DNA of 64,000 nucleotides. It comes from Antechinus flavipes (taxonomy: Eukaryota). The stretch spans positions 268,088,001-268,152,000 of the forward strand of contig NC_067402.1 in NCBI RefSeq assembly GCF_016432865.1, in the 5' to 3' direction. Below, in pieces: positions 1 to 13,199 of the stretch (positions are counted from its first letter, which is position 1; every line of letters begins with the position of its first letter). The notes under the pieces are model-generated. The model ran no database searches, was not told the DNA's origin, and was given only the letters and a program-made list of their open reading frames with translations. The position numbers were made by a program, and so were the translations under genes.

Positions 1-167
1 CCATGTTGTAGAAAAACACAACACAAAAAAATCCAAGAAAAATAAAAGATTTTTTTTTTTTAAAGTATGATTTGGTTTGCATCAGAGTCCATCAGTTCTT
101 TCTCTGGAGATGGATAGCATTTTTCAGCCTTATGAGAGTTTTAAAGAATTTAACATAGAAAATCTAT

Positions 168-361
168 TATGTGCTAAGCACTTTATGAATCTTATCTCTT
201 TTTGTCCTCACAACAGTCCTGGAATGTAGATGCTATATTATCATCTCCATTTTACAGAAGAAAAAAAACTGAGGGAGCAAAAGTTAAATGGTTTGCCCAG
301 GGTCAAACAGCTGGTATCTGACTCCAAGGTTCAGAGCTCTATGGAATGTGCCACCTAGCTA
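168..361 (-). mobile_element. MIR/CORE-SINE
   Basis: Reverse CORE motif cattttacaga...aaactgag...gcccagggtca. Confidence 0.75.
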
Positions 362-1084
362 TCCACCTTCATCATTTCTCAAAACAAAACTTTTGCTGGG
401 AAGATTCCAGTCCCAAGTAGAAGTTCACAGTCTGACCTTCCCATTAGATTCTCTCTCTGTTGTCTTCCTTCTGTTCTCTTCCTCCACTTCCTACTTTCAA
501 TGAAAGTAAATTTTCCTTCCCATTCTCCAGAATCAAGGAGAATAAAAGAAAAAAAAACATGCAATAATTGTTCAATTAATGTCCAATTCCCGAAGCACTC
601 ATTTGTAAGTAACATTGGGCTGTGACCTCCTTGGGAAATGGGGCAGGTGTTCACTCGTAAAGAGAGACAGAGAAAGGAGAACATTATTAGAAAATGGAGG
701 GAAGGAGAATGCATCCAGAGACTACTGCCTGGGCTCCTCTGGAGATTTTGTATCTTTGAATTCCTGGAAAACATCTACTAAGTAAATATCTACTAAGTAG
801 CCATGGATCCAGTTAGCAGTAGGCTCTCCCTGATTGAATGCCAACCTGTGCTGACGTGAAGCCCTGAACTAATATTTCTCTAAGACCACCAGAGAGGTCT
901 AGTTTGATTAGACCAAAAAGCAGAGTTTGGGACAATGAGGGTGGGAAAGGCTTTGCTTTCTCAAACTAATAATAATTCCTAACATTATTATAAAGTTCTG
1001 GCCAGAAACTCTGAGCAACTTCCCCTGTCAGACTGATTCTTTTATGAAGGCAAACCAGGCTATCTTTTGCCTCCATTTTTCCCT

Positions 1085-1335
1085 AGCCTTAAGCACTGAA
1101 TGGGTGTTGCCTCAGACAAACTGAAACCTGGGAAAGACCTAAACTCAAAAAAGCCAAGCTCTCCTCCTGAATTCAGGGCCATCTCTATTTGGCCTGATCT
1201 ATATCTGGCCACTAAACTCCAGTGACTGGAGGAGGAAATGAGGCTTTGCGCAGCTCTGCCTCACTCAAATACAATCAACTTGTAAGTAAATATGTCATCT
1301 TCACGATGGCATTGGTCTTCTTAGCCTGAAGGACA
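1085..1335 (+). mobile_element. Marsupial SINE-type repeat ending in gaaggacaaa (family not assigned; second copy at 23020-23205)
   Basis: Two dispersed similar copies share the tail ctctgcctca...gatgtcattgg...aaggacaaa. Confidence 0.55.
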
Positions 1336-1549
1336 AATGACCACAGCTCTCTAAAACTGGAAATTTGTTTTACAAATGTTATCTCACTAGATCCTCACAA
1401 CAACAAGCTAAGTGACTTAGAGAGGGTGAGAGAGAAAATGAGTATCAGGGGAGGGATTTGAACTTGTGGCTTCCTGTCTCTAACATATTCATTTACTTTC
1501 TTCTTTTCTTTTCTTTTCTTTCTTTCTTTTTTTCACTTACTTTCAAATA

Positions 1550-1980
1550 AGTAAGTAGTATCATAGTACACACAGTGTCAAGGCTGGAGTCAAGAAGATC
1601 AGAGTTCAAATACATCTTCATCTACTTACCAGCTGTGTGACCCTGGATCACTTAATCTAGGTTTGCCTCAGTTTTCTCATCTGTAAAATACAGATAATGA
1701 TAGCACCTACCTCCCAGGCTGTAATGAGGATGAAGGAGATAATAATTGTCAAATGCTTAGCACAGTGCCTAGCATACTACATAAAGTTAGCTATTAATAT
1801 TATTATTGGGAAAGATGAAATGAGATGTTAGGAAAGTGTTTAGCATAATACCTGGCATACAGTAAGTGCTATATAAATGTTAACTGGAATCATTAACATT
1901 ATTATTTGGGAGATGAAATGAGATGTTGGTAAAGGACTTAGCACAGTGCCTGGCTTACAGTAGGCACTCAATAAATGTTT
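1550..1980 (+). mobile_element. MIR followed by two extra tandem copies of its L2-like 3' tail
   Basis: CORE gcctcagttttctcatctgtaaaat, then three gatgaa..gaga..cttagcacagtgcctggc units. Confidence 0.7.
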
Positions 1981-2888
1981 GCTCCTTTTATAATTTTTTT
2001 TAAGAGAAGATGAATTCTGCCAAATTCAGATCCAATCAGACCATACTAAGGGTCATCAAAGGATATTTTAAATTCACTTATTTACAAGTAGATAGTTGCA
2101 AAAACAATTCTAATTGGTTTTGTTGATGCTTAAAGTCAAGTTTATAGTAAATCTTTTATTTACTTATTTTTGAAAAGAAGAATCACTAGAAGGGCGAAGG
2201 AGATGTCCTCAGTTTTGAGTTAATGGAGTCACAGGTAATGAAGGATGTTTCATAGTCATTTCATGTTGAAATATCTCTAAGGAGACTGATTTCCTCCCTT
2301 GGTCTATTATCTTAGTCCAGTAGCTGAAAGATTCTTCCAGAATCCTCAATCTGTGCTCACTAACCATTTTAGTAATAACTGGTTTTAGTCTTCCCCAATC
2401 AAGTGACCCATTAAAATATATACTTTGGAAAGCTATTAACACATTCTATCAGATCACTCAGGAACTTTCTCTGCTAAGGGGCTCTCAGCCAGTTTTCTTG
2501 GTCACCAAACTACCTGTAAAGCAGCGGATGGTTGAGGCACTGGGGCTTAGGCACTGTTGGGAGGATGGAGTTCATGACATACAGTCAGATCACTGACATA
2601 TGTTTATAGGAATATAGGTCTAAAGAGCAATGATCCCAATCCCGTGATTTTACATAGGAGAAAATAAAGGTGAAGGGAAGAAGTGACTTAGCAAAGATCA
2701 CATGGGTATTAAGTATCAAAGGCAGGATTTAAATGCAGTTCTTTTGACTGCAGAACCAGAGCTTTTTCTACTGTCCCAGGCAGTAGGAGTCCCAGACTCC
2801 TCCTGCCTCTAGTTTTATAAAAAAAACTCCCTTCCTCTCGAAGTGATCTTGCCATCCTTGAATGTCCCAAATTATTTTTTGATTGCTT

Positions 2889-3100
2889 GAGGAGAAGGAG
2901 GAAAAAGAGGAGGAGGAGGAAAAGAAGGAGGAGGAAGAGGAAAGAAAGGAGAAGGAAGAGAAGGAGGAGAAAGAGGAGTAGGAGAATAAAGAGGAGAAGA
3001 GAAGAAAGAGGAAGAGGAGGAAGAGGAAAAGAAGGAAGAGGAGGAAGAAGAGTAAGTAAGAAAAGGAGGAGGAAAAGGAGCAAGAGGAAGAAGAGGAGGC
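2889..3100. repeat. Purine-rich (GAG/GAA)n simple repeat
   Basis: Direct sequence; explains ORFs 2709..3107 and 2887..3114. Confidence 0.95.
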
Positions 3101-3556
3101 TGGACAAGGACTAGTAAACTTGAGCTAGGTCAAGCTCTGATTTTAAATTGCAATATCTCTTTTTCCATCCTGTGAGCTTAGGATTAGTCCTGTCCTCACC
3201 CCTCAATTTTATTAAATTCTACTTTCTTACTTTTCTCTCTGCCAACAAATGCAGCCAAACCCTTCAATAATTCAGGAGTTAGGAACAAAATCTGCAAAAT
3301 GCAGAATGTATGTGGCCTATTTGCTATTCTTCATAAACATTGCATTTCTGAGCAGGCTGTTCCTCATACCTGGAACGCATTCTCTCCTAGCTCTCTGTGA
3401 ACTCTTTGAGAGGAGGAACTGTGATTTCTGTATTATAGCACAGTACCTGGCATAAATGAGACATTTAATAATTGTTTATTAACTAGCTGACCTCCTGCAT
3501 GAAGTCCTTTCTAATCACTACCACCTCCAATTTGCTACCACTTTCCCTACTCAGAT

Positions 3557-4020
3557 ACTTTTTTTTTTCTTAATAGTATTTTATTTTTTCAATTACATGT
3601 AAACATAATTTTCAACATTCATTTTTATAAGAGTTTGAGTTCCAATTTTTTTCTCCCTCCTTCCTTTACCTCTCCCTCCCCAAGACAGCAAGCAATCAGA
3701 TGTAGGTTATACATGTACAATCATTTTAAACATATTTCCACATTAGTCATAATCAGGAAAATCAGAATGAAAGGAAAGAATCACAAGAAAAAAAGAGCAA
3801 ATAAACCAAAAAAGGTGAAAATAGTATGCTTCAATCCACACTCAATCTCCATAGTACTCACTGTATGTGGATGGGATTTTCCATCCCAAATCTATTGGAA
3901 TTGTCCTAGATCACTGTATTGCCGGGAAGAATTAAGTCTATTATGGTTAATTATCACACAATATTGCTGTTGCTGTGTACAATGTTCTCCTGATTCTACT
4001 CACTTCATTGAACATCAATT
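3557..4020 (-). mobile_element. Marsupial L1 3' end
   Basis: Poly(T) start followed by the reverse L1 3' UTR motifs ttttcaacattcattttt and aagcaatcagatgtaggttatacatgt. Confidence 0.8.
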
Positions 4021-4224
4021 CAAATATTATTTTGTATTGGTTTTATACATATTTCATATTTACTTATCTTTATACAATTATTCCTTCCACATCCCTTTTC
4101 CCATCACAGTTTCAAAAAATAGAGTATTGGAATAAGAAATTAAATGGGAATTTGGGGGGAGTTTTATGGAAGTCACAAATGACAGACATTTGAAGTCAAG
4201 CAGATGACATACAAAAAAGTTTAG

Positions 4225-4469
4225 TTTCAGAGTCTGATTCTTTTTGTACAGCAAAATAATGCTTTGGACATGTATACTTATTTGTATTTAATTTATACTT
4301 TAATATATTTAACATGTATTGGTCATCCTGCCATCTAGGGGAAGGGGTGGGGGGAAAGAGGGGAAAAATTGGAACAAAAGTTGTGGCAATTGTCAATGCT
4401 GTAAATTTACCCATGCATATAACTCGTAAATAAAAAGCTATTAAAAAAATAAATTAACTTTAAAAAAAG
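4225..4469 (+). mobile_element. 5'-truncated young L1 with 13-bp TSD
   Basis: TSD caaaaaagtttag at 4212-4224 and 4470-4482; aataaa plus A-rich tail. Confidence 0.85.
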
Positions 4470-5108
4470 CAAAAAAGTTTAGGAACTCAGAAGTGCACAA
4501 AATATATGTATAATGCAGCCACAAACATACACGATTCCTTTTTAAAAATTAAAATATGACCAAATAACTCATATTTTACAATAACATTCTGTAAACACTC
4601 CATGAAAGAAAAAGAAAAAGAAAAAGAAAAAAAATCAGCCTTCTATGGCCAAAAATTTTATGTGGATTTTCCAGATTTTACTCCTAACCTGCACAATGTA
4701 AAGGGCTAACTATACATGTTATATATATCCCTTGAGACAGGGAATTATTTTATTTTTACCTTTATATTCCCAAGACTTAGCACATAGTAAGAAGGAGGAT
4801 GAGATACCAATACCAGCAACAGAGAAGGCATTTCAAGATAAGAGAAGATCCCGCCAGACAGTTTGAGAAGACAAAGGAAGAATGACACTGAGAGGTCAAA
4901 CAGACAAAAAGACTACTGGATTTAGCACTGAGAAAGTCACTGGTGACCTTTGGGAAAGCTACTAATTGATTGAAGAGGAAGTAGATAGTATTAAAGTAGT
5001 CAGAAAGCATAGTCTTCTATTGAGAAATTTATCAATTCTCTAAATGTTAGCACCAAGCTGAGACAATTTGGAATAGCCAGTTGTCAAAGATTTTAGAATT
5101 AGATGAGA

Positions 5109-5581
5109 GGACTGGCAAGACTTACATGAACTGATGCTAAGTGAAATGAGCAGAACCAGGAGATCATTATATACCTTAACAATGATACTGTTTGAGGATG
5201 TATTCTGATGGAAGTGGATCTCTTTGATAAAAAGAGCTAATTCAGTTTCAATTGATCAAGGATGGACAGAAGCAGCTACGCCCAAAGAAAGAACACTGGG
5301 AAATGAATATAAATTGCTTGTATTTTTGTTTTTCTTCCCGGGTTATTTCTACCTTCTGAATCCAATTCTCCCTGTGCAACAAGAGAACTGTTTGATTCTG
5401 CACACATATATTGTATCTAGGACATACTGTAACCTATTCAACATGTAAAGGACTGCTTGCCATCTGGGGGAGGGGGTGGAGGGAGGGAGGGGAAAAATAG
5501 GAACAGAAGTGAGTGCAAGGAATAATGCTGTAAAAAATTACCCTGGCATGGGCATTATCAATAAAAAGTTATTAAATAAAA
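5109..5581 (+). mobile_element. 5'-truncated L1 with 14-bp TSD
   Basis: TSD agaattagatgaga at 5095-5108 and 5582-5595 at a TTTT/AG site; L1 motif gacttacatgaactgatgctaagtgaaatgagcagaaccagg. Confidence 0.9.
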
Positions 5582-5754
5582 AGAATTAGATGAGACTTTA
5601 ATGGTCATTGAGGCTAATTCCTCATTTTATAGAAGATGAAACTGAGACCAAAGAAGTAAAATTACTTGTCTGGGGTCACTTAGATCATAAGTAGCATAGT
5701 GGAGAAATGAGAATAAATATGGAAGCTTTGTGCTGAATAACAATAATAATAATT

Positions 5755-6050
5755 AACATTTGCAAAAGCAAATATTTGCTTTAAAAAATTAACTTCAAAT
5801 TAAAATTTTCAAAACATTTCACAAATATTACTTCATTTTGTCCTCATAACAACTCTAGGAGGTAAATGCTCTGATTATACCCATTTTACAGATGAGAAAA
5901 TTGAGGGAGACAGAAGTTAAAGGATTTTTCCAGAATTCCATAGCTTTGTTCCTGTTCAGTCATTCATATACCTAGGTTGTGCCTAAGTCCATATTTGAAA
6001 TCAGGTCTTCCTGATTCCAGATCCAAAACTCCAAGCATCGTGCTTTAACA
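5755..6050 (-). mobile_element. MIR
   Basis: Reverse CORE ccattttacagatgagaaaattgagg. Confidence 0.7.
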
Positions 6051-6786
6051 GTCAAGTCTTAACCTACTTTGTGCTGTTGGATATAACAATACTATATAGC
6101 TATATAGATATGGCACTGGATTCAGAATGAAGAAAGCCTGAGTTCAAATTTTATCTCAGATATTTTTTAGCTGAAGAACCCTAGGAAGGCTACTTAAACC
6201 TTCTAGGCTTCTATTATCTCATCTGTTAAATCAGGTCTTTTGCAGCTCTAAATCTTTGATCTTCGAAACTGTGTGACTTAGGACCAGTTTTAACATCACT
6301 AAAATGAGAGAGTTGAATTCAATGACCTTTAGCTCTCAATCTATTCTCCTGTGACCTTTAAAATATATAAATATCTTTTTTTACATTATTTATATTTCCC
6401 CCTGTATCTACTTCCTCTTCCCTTCGAGAAAAGCCTCTCTTATAACAAAGTTGTTTTTAAAGAAAAAGAAATTCAGCAAAACCAATTAAAACCTGAAAAA
6501 AATTTTTGGTGTCACATGCACTATCACATACTCAGAAATCTCTGTCTTTGTGAAAGAGGAGAACATGCTTCCTTTATAACTCTTCTCTAGGGCCAAGCTT
6601 GGTCATTATAATTTCATGATTTTAATTTTTTATTGGTTTATAGTTATCATTCTTTCCACTTATTTGGTTGTAGCCTTTCTGATCTAAACCATTTAGGGAA
6701 GCTAGTGATAGGAAGTGGGGGGGGGTCAAGGTGAACAAAATTTAAAGTAGAAAAAAAGAATAGAATTGTAATGAGAAGAATCCATC

Positions 6787-6791
<5 letters not shown>

Positions 6792-6825
<34 letters not shown>
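6792..6825. repeat. (AC)n microsatellite
   Basis: Direct sequence. Confidence 0.95.
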
Positions 6826-6828
<3 letters not shown>

Positions 6829-7094
6829 CATATATAAAATATAAAACTTTTCTGCCTCTGCTTATTTCACTTTACCTCAGGTCTTATAAGTGTTCCAGTT
6901 ATTCCCTATATACCCAGTAATATCCCACGGTTACCAAGGGTATCACAATTTCTATTTCATTGGGTATCTGCCTTGTTTATTCTTTATTGCCACAAAAAGT
7001 GCTGCTACAGATATTTTTCTATATATAAGGCCTATTTACCTCTGTGAGGGACAGAGCTAGTGGTGAGAAATCAGGGTCACAGGGTTCTATGATC

Positions 7095-7470
7095 CTTTAA
7101 TTCTTTTTTCCCCTCCACAGTATCTTGCTTTTCCAAATACATGTAAAGATAATTTTCAATATTCATTTTTGTAAGATTTTGAGTTCCAAATTTTCTTTTC
7201 TTCCTCTCTCCCTTACTTCTCCCCTCCCCCAAACAGCAAGCATTCTGATATAGGTTAAATATGTGCAATCCTTTTAAACATATTTCCATGTTTGTCATGT
7301 TATGAAAGAAAAATCAGACCAAAAGGGGAAAAAACACAAGAAAGAGAAAAGCAAACAAACAAAAAAGATGAGAATATAATACTTCAATCCACATTCAGCC
7401 TTTATAGTTCTCTCTCTGGATCCTGATGCATTTTCCATCCCTTGTTTATTGGAATTGTCTTGGATATAAA
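7095..7470 (-). mobile_element. L1 3' end
   Basis: Similar to 3557-4020. Confidence 0.75.
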
Positions 7471-10400
7471 CCATCAATTCTGTCCATCTAATGTTACTTT
7501 CCTTTGTCCCCCAGATGATTTGGAAAACTTACAAGAAACAAACACTGAATTTACTACTCCATTTAGCTCCATTCAGAATCAGCCTTTGTAACATAAAACA
7601 ATCCCAAGACTTGGCTGAAAGCACTTCTACATAAAACTGGATTAAGCAAAAGCTGAATCAAGCTGTGGTTCTGGCTAGAACCAAAAAGAAAATGAAACAA
7701 TTTAGATGATTTTTGTTTCTTTGTTTCCCCTAGAAGGTGAGGATGGGAGTGGGGAGACAGAGACAGAGTCAATATCCGAGGTTCTATAGTGGAAGATCTA
7801 TGATAGAAACCACACCAAATAGTACAGTTCTCTAAGTAGGCATGTGAATCAAGGCAAAACCCTGGAAACAGTAGGAACAGGTCATCTGAATGACTGCATC
7901 AGAAAGAACTAACTTCCTCTGTTCCAGATCATCAGATAAAACCCTATAGCCTACTCATTTTCACACAACTTGATTAAGAACTAAAATTGGCATTCTATAG
8001 TCCACAGGATTGTAAAGTCAGACCCGACTGAACAAAGAATTAGGAAAGTAACATTCTCTTCACACGCAGATGGAAGAAGTTAATGTCCTGTGAACAGAAT
8101 TCCAGACAAAACCTGAGAGTCTCTATGAAAGGCTAAATACTTAATAAGCACAGAGAGCAGGAAGTCAGTTCCTTCTTTCTTATGTTTTGTTGGTGTTTCT
8201 CTCAGCCTCTAGAATTAGTGCCCAACTCCCTCATCAGTCAATCAGGCAACAATCATTTATATGCCTGGATAGAAAGACAAACATAAATAGACATTCATAC
8301 AAAGAGCCAAACATTAGTCATAAAATAACTGGAACAATCAGTGAATTTGCCTGGACCTTTCCATTCTTTCTCAGGGTCCACAAGTATTTATTAAGAGATT
8401 GCTTTATTAGGGACAGTTAGGTGGCACAGTGGATAGAACTTGGAGTACTCTGTTCACAGTACTATCTAGCTGCCCCAATTTATAAAAATAATTTCAAAGG
8501 ACAACAAGAAATTTCCCGGCTATCTTGAAAAGATTATATGAGTACATGAAGGCATAAAGGATTCAGAATATGGAGCCTCTGTATACCTAGTGTAGCTCAC
8601 CCCAGGGATACACATGTATAAAGCACCAGAGGCAGAAATTGAATCCAAATCATTTAAACTCCAAGCCCAGAATCCTATTTACTACTACTCCATGCTACTT
8701 CTGGCAATTAGACTAATTTAGACCTGTGATTTCATTGTTGTAGGGAAGTGCCAATGAGAAAATTGCCTCTCTCAGAATACATCCATGTATGTCTCAGATA
8801 GCTACCTGATATTGAATGTCCCAAGGTCTTAAAGACAACAGTTCTCAGAGGCAGTTCTTGAAATCAGGTCTTCAGGACCAAGGCCAGGGCCTTTTTCATT
8901 ACATCACTCAGCTTCCCCCACATTGTTCAACAAACATGATCATTTCCATTTACAAAGAACAGAAAAAGGGATTTCTACATACAACTATGAATCTCTAATA
9001 TGTACAACTTGTTTTTTTTAAAGAATATATAATAAATTTAGCACAATAATTCCATTGCTTTCTGTGATCACTGATATGAATTTCTTTTCCTTCTGCTTTT
9101 CCCTCCTCTCCCCAAAGGTGGCACAGTTAAACATACCATGCCACCTTAGGCAAAAGCTGCCAATAAACATTGAGGCAAGCTATGAGTGGGAGCCAAAGAA
9201 GAACACTCCATGTAAGGCTGGGGGGGAAAAACACTCTTGTCAAAAGTTCTCTGCTGCCTAAAAACATGCCTTTTGCTTCACAGGTTATTTTTATAATATT
9301 TGGGTGAGGATTCCCTTGCCTGATCTGCTTTATTTTAAAATTTTCATTCAGTTAAAAAATAAATTTAGCCTTTCTCCCCCCTCTTTTTGCCTTGGTTTAT
9401 GCCTATTATTCATTCACTTATTCATTTGTAAACCTTAAAACTGGATGGAAATGGGAGTGATTCTTATTCACACATTTATGCATTCCGTCTTCCAAAATTT
9501 ATTGAATGTTTGCATACATGAAGATACAGAGATGGGGGCTCCATTGTACTATGTGGTCTCTAGAGAAACTACAGACATTTTCATGATACAAAGTTTAAAC
9601 TTTGGTTCAAAATACTTTCATCTTTATTGAGATGCTTCAAATATGTGATTAAGTCAGTGTAGATACCCCTATCATGGCAAATCTGTGACTTAGTAGATGG
9701 TCTTGCAAGTCCTCACAGTTGAAAAACCAATCCCCTGTGGTCAACCTGTCAATGAGCCTCTCTGATCTTAGGTGGGACATACGTTCATAATTCTAGAGAT
9801 GGAAATAGTCTTGGAAAAAATCTGGCCCCCTCATGTTAAAAATTGAAAAATGAAGATCTACTGAGAAGTGACTTGCCTTGACATAGCTAGATGGTAGTTC
9901 TATAACTGCAAGGGATCTCGGAAGATCGAATCCAACCCTTTTATGTTATAGATGAGGAAACTGATGTCTAGAGATTTTAAGTGATTTGTTCAATGTCATA
10001 CAGTATGTATCACAGTAGCTAAAAGGAACCTTGAAGACCATTTAATCCATCACCTTCATTTTCAGAATGGGGGTAATTGAGACCAGAAAAGTTAAGTTAC
10101 TTAACTGACACAAGTGTGAAATGTAAGAGGTAAGATTTGAACTCAAATTTTCTGACTGAAGGGTCAGTTCTTGTTCCAATGAATTTCTCTAATGCCTTCT
10201 CAGATGACAACACAATTCCAACACCAACCATGCTTTTGATCATTGGCCATTCTTAAATAAAACTAAATTGAATGACCGAGGAGAGAGAAATATAAGGTGC
10301 TTCCCCAAAACTCTTGAAATTATGTTGGTTGATGGCTAGTTTGGAAATATATTTTACACGGCTTCACTTATATAATTGATATCAGATTGCTTGTCTTCTA

Positions 10401-10700
10401 AGTGGTGGGGAGAGGTAGACAGGAGGAAGAAAACTTGGCACTAAAAAAAATTAAATGAATATTCAAATAAATAAAATGTAATTCCTTTTTAAAATAAATT
10501 ATGTTGCTTTGTTTTATTGAAGTATTTCTTAGCAAGTCTCCAGTCACTATTTACTACAAGGAAGATTTGGAATTTGAGCTGAGACTTGAATGGATTTAGG
10601 GATGGAGAAGGGATTGGAAGGAAACAACATCCTATGCCTTGGGACTCCCAAATAAAGATATAAAATATATATATACACATATTTTAAAATATTCTTGTGG

Positions 10701-10891
10701 GGAACAGCTAGGTGGTGCAGTGGATAGAGTATCAGTACTGAAGTCATGAGGACCTGAGTTCAAATCCGACCTCAGACACTTAACACTTCCTAGCTGTGTG
10801 ATTCTGGGCAAGTCATTTAACCCCAATTGCCTCAGCTATATATATATGTATGTGTGTATACATATATATACACACATAATTATATATTTGT
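10701..10891 (+). mobile_element. WSINE1 with 12-bp TSD; tail converted to TA/CA microsatellite
   Basis: TSD atattcttgtgg at 10689-10700 and 10892-10903; head cagctaggtggtgcagtggatagag, end aaccccaattgcctca. Confidence 0.85.
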
Positions 10892-10919
10892 ATATTCTTG
10901 TGGAAGCAATTCCAATAAA

Positions 10920-11395
10920 CTTGTGATGGAAAGAGCCATTAGCATACACAGAGAGAACTATGGAAACTATGGAGCACAGCATAGTAGTGAGAAACAAAGA
11001 CTTTTTAAGCTAGGTTGGTCCTTGTAGAGAGCTAATGGAATCTGTCACTGAAGAACTATTATTGCAAGAGAGCTAAATAACAGTGGAAATCTACATAGTG
11101 GGGACATGCAGGCTACCACATATGACTTATGATAACTCACACTTGAGAAATAGCATGGAAATTATCAGGCCCCAAATGTATACCTGCTCAAAATGAAATG
11201 GATCAGAAATGAAATAACATACAGCCCAAAGTGAGATGGGAAATTAAAAGATGTAGAGAAAGACCATGAATACATTGGATAGAGAAATGCACAGGTTAAG
11301 AAGACCCAAACAGGTTCACTGCACTGCAATGGAGGGACTACCCATGATTGTGAGATGCTGGACCCATTGAAGTATAGTGAAGAATACAAAAGTGA
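10920..11395 (+). mobile_element. Decayed RTE-type LINE 3' ORF fragment
   Basis: Resembles the marsupial RTE 3' region (aaagtgagatggg...agacccaaacagg); family recalled, not searched. Confidence 0.5.
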
Positions 11396-11509
11396 GCCTC
11401 ATATGGTCCATGACACACTTAACAAATGCTTGCTCTCTGCATGAAAAAACTGAATGGATGAATGAATTGTCCTATTTCCAGAACGTCCTATTATCCATGT
11501 ACTTGACGT

Positions 11510-12045
11510 AAGGAGAAAGGTTAGGGAATGCATCTCTGATTTCCCTATACAGAACTCCCTGCATGAGGCAGTTTCCTCTATCAATACAAGCTGTTGCCTT
11601 ATTTGCAATTTATAGTCATAGGGAATTATCTAGATCAGCACTTTTCAAACTTTTCAGCCTCAAGTCCTATAGTACTCCTTTAAAAAATAAGTGAGTTTAA
11701 GTGACTTGCTCAAGGTCACACAGCTAGTACTGTCTGAGGTCAGATTTGAATTCAGGTCCTCCTGACCCCAGGACCAGTGATCTATCTATTGCAACACCTT
11801 TGCCCTTGCCCTATAGCACTCTTTAAAATGATTGAAAATACCCTAAAAGGAATTTCTGTGGGTATATCTATTCATTTACTATATCAGAAATCAAAACATT
11901 TATATCATGAAACTAATTTTGACTACATGGATCCGCCGAGATTCTGTGACCATACTTTGAGAAATGCTAGTCCACAGCACTGAGTGGTTGTGCAACATAA
12001 CCTGTATGTGTCAGAGACCAGGATTTGAATCCAGATTTATTTGGT
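11510..12045. mobile_element. Nested stack: SINE interrupted by a hAT/Charlie-type MITE (11636-11970) that itself contains a CORE-SINE piece (11690-11805)
   Basis: Imperfect TIRs cagcacttttcaaac / ctttgagaaatgcta; internal gtgacttgctcaaggtcacacagctag. Confidence 0.6.
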
Positions 12046-12374
12046 AACTGGCTTTTTCTGTACTAGACTAATAAGAACCAAAAGATTATTGTCTAGAGCT
12101 TGACTATCTCTTCCTTGAGGTCAATTGTTTTGGCTTTTCTTTGTATCCCCAAAACTTTACCCAGTGCCTAGCATGTAGTAAATAATTGTTAATCTGACTT
12201 CTCAGCTCGGCTCGTAAATCTTCCTTAGTTTTCTTATTTTGGGGGATATTTAATATATTGCATAGATCTGGGTGATAATGTCATTCTTCAAGAGGAGGAG
12301 CTACCTTCTAAGATTAGATATTCCTCCACTTAGAAATATTAATAACAACAGGGATAATAAAAACAATCATAACA

Positions 12375-12600
12375 GCATTTGTACAGGGCTTTCAGTTTTG
12401 TAAAGCACATTACAAATGCCATTTCTTTTGATCCTCACAACAACCTGGGAAACAAATGCTATTATTGTCCCCATTTAACAGATGAGAAAACTGAGGAAGA
12501 TGGAGATCAAATGACTGCTCAGGGACATATAGCTAACAAGTTTCTGAGGCAAGACTTGAACTTGGGGTTTCATGGCTGCATGTCCAGCATTCCATGCACT
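12375..12600 (-). mobile_element. MIR
   Basis: Reverse CORE motif. Confidence 0.7.
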
Positions 12601-12606
12601 GTGCAC

Positions 12607-12830
12607 TTGTTATTGTTGTTCAGTCATTTCAGTCATGTCTGACTCTTCATGACCCCATTTGTGGTTTTCTTGGAAAAAATAGTAGAGTAGTTCATTTCCT
12701 TCTCTAGCTCATTTTACAGACAGAGAAACTGAGGCAAACAGGGTTAAATGAATTGCCTAAGGCCACACAGCCAGTGAATATCTGAGGCTGCAGTTGAATT
12801 CTGGTCTTCCTTCATTGCATCTATCCACTG
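12607..12830 (-). mobile_element. Mar1 SINE (CORE plus RTE-derived tail)
   Basis: ttgttcagtcatttcagtcatgtctgactcttcatgaccccattt tail. Confidence 0.8.
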
Positions 12831-12854
12831 TGAACACTTAACTTAATTGGAAGC

Positions 12855-13115
12855 CTAGGTGTTACAATTGATAGAACACTAGACTTGGAATCATCAAGCT
12901 TTGAGTTCAAACCTGGCCCCAGACACTTACAAGCTATGTGATCCTGGACAAGTCACTTAACACCTATGTGCCTCAATTTCCTCATCTGTATAATGGGGAT
13001 AATAATAATATCTATCTCAAAGGATTGTTTTAAGAGTCAAATGATAAAAATAATCACAAAATCCTCGGAACAATGCCCAGCACAAAGCAAGGACTTCATA
13101 ACATTAGCTATTACT
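12855..13115 (+). mobile_element. MIR
   Basis: gcctcaatttcctcatctgtataatgggg CORE. Confidence 0.75.
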
Positions 13116-13199
13116 AAGTTTTGTAAAACCAATTAGCTAAACTGATATTATTTTCTTTATCTTATTTATAATGACTTCTTTAATAATCCTAATAGTAGG

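Noticed and set aside
2709-3114. 132-aa Leu-rich and 75-aa Arg/Lys-rich ORFs
   Set aside because: Translations of the (GAG/GAA)n simple repeat
3635-4135. 166-aa plus-strand ORF
   Set aside because: Antisense reading of an L1 3' UTR
10701-10836. tRNA-like A/B box sequences (also in the other SINE heads)
   Set aside because: They are tRNA-derived SINE heads, with no cloverleaf
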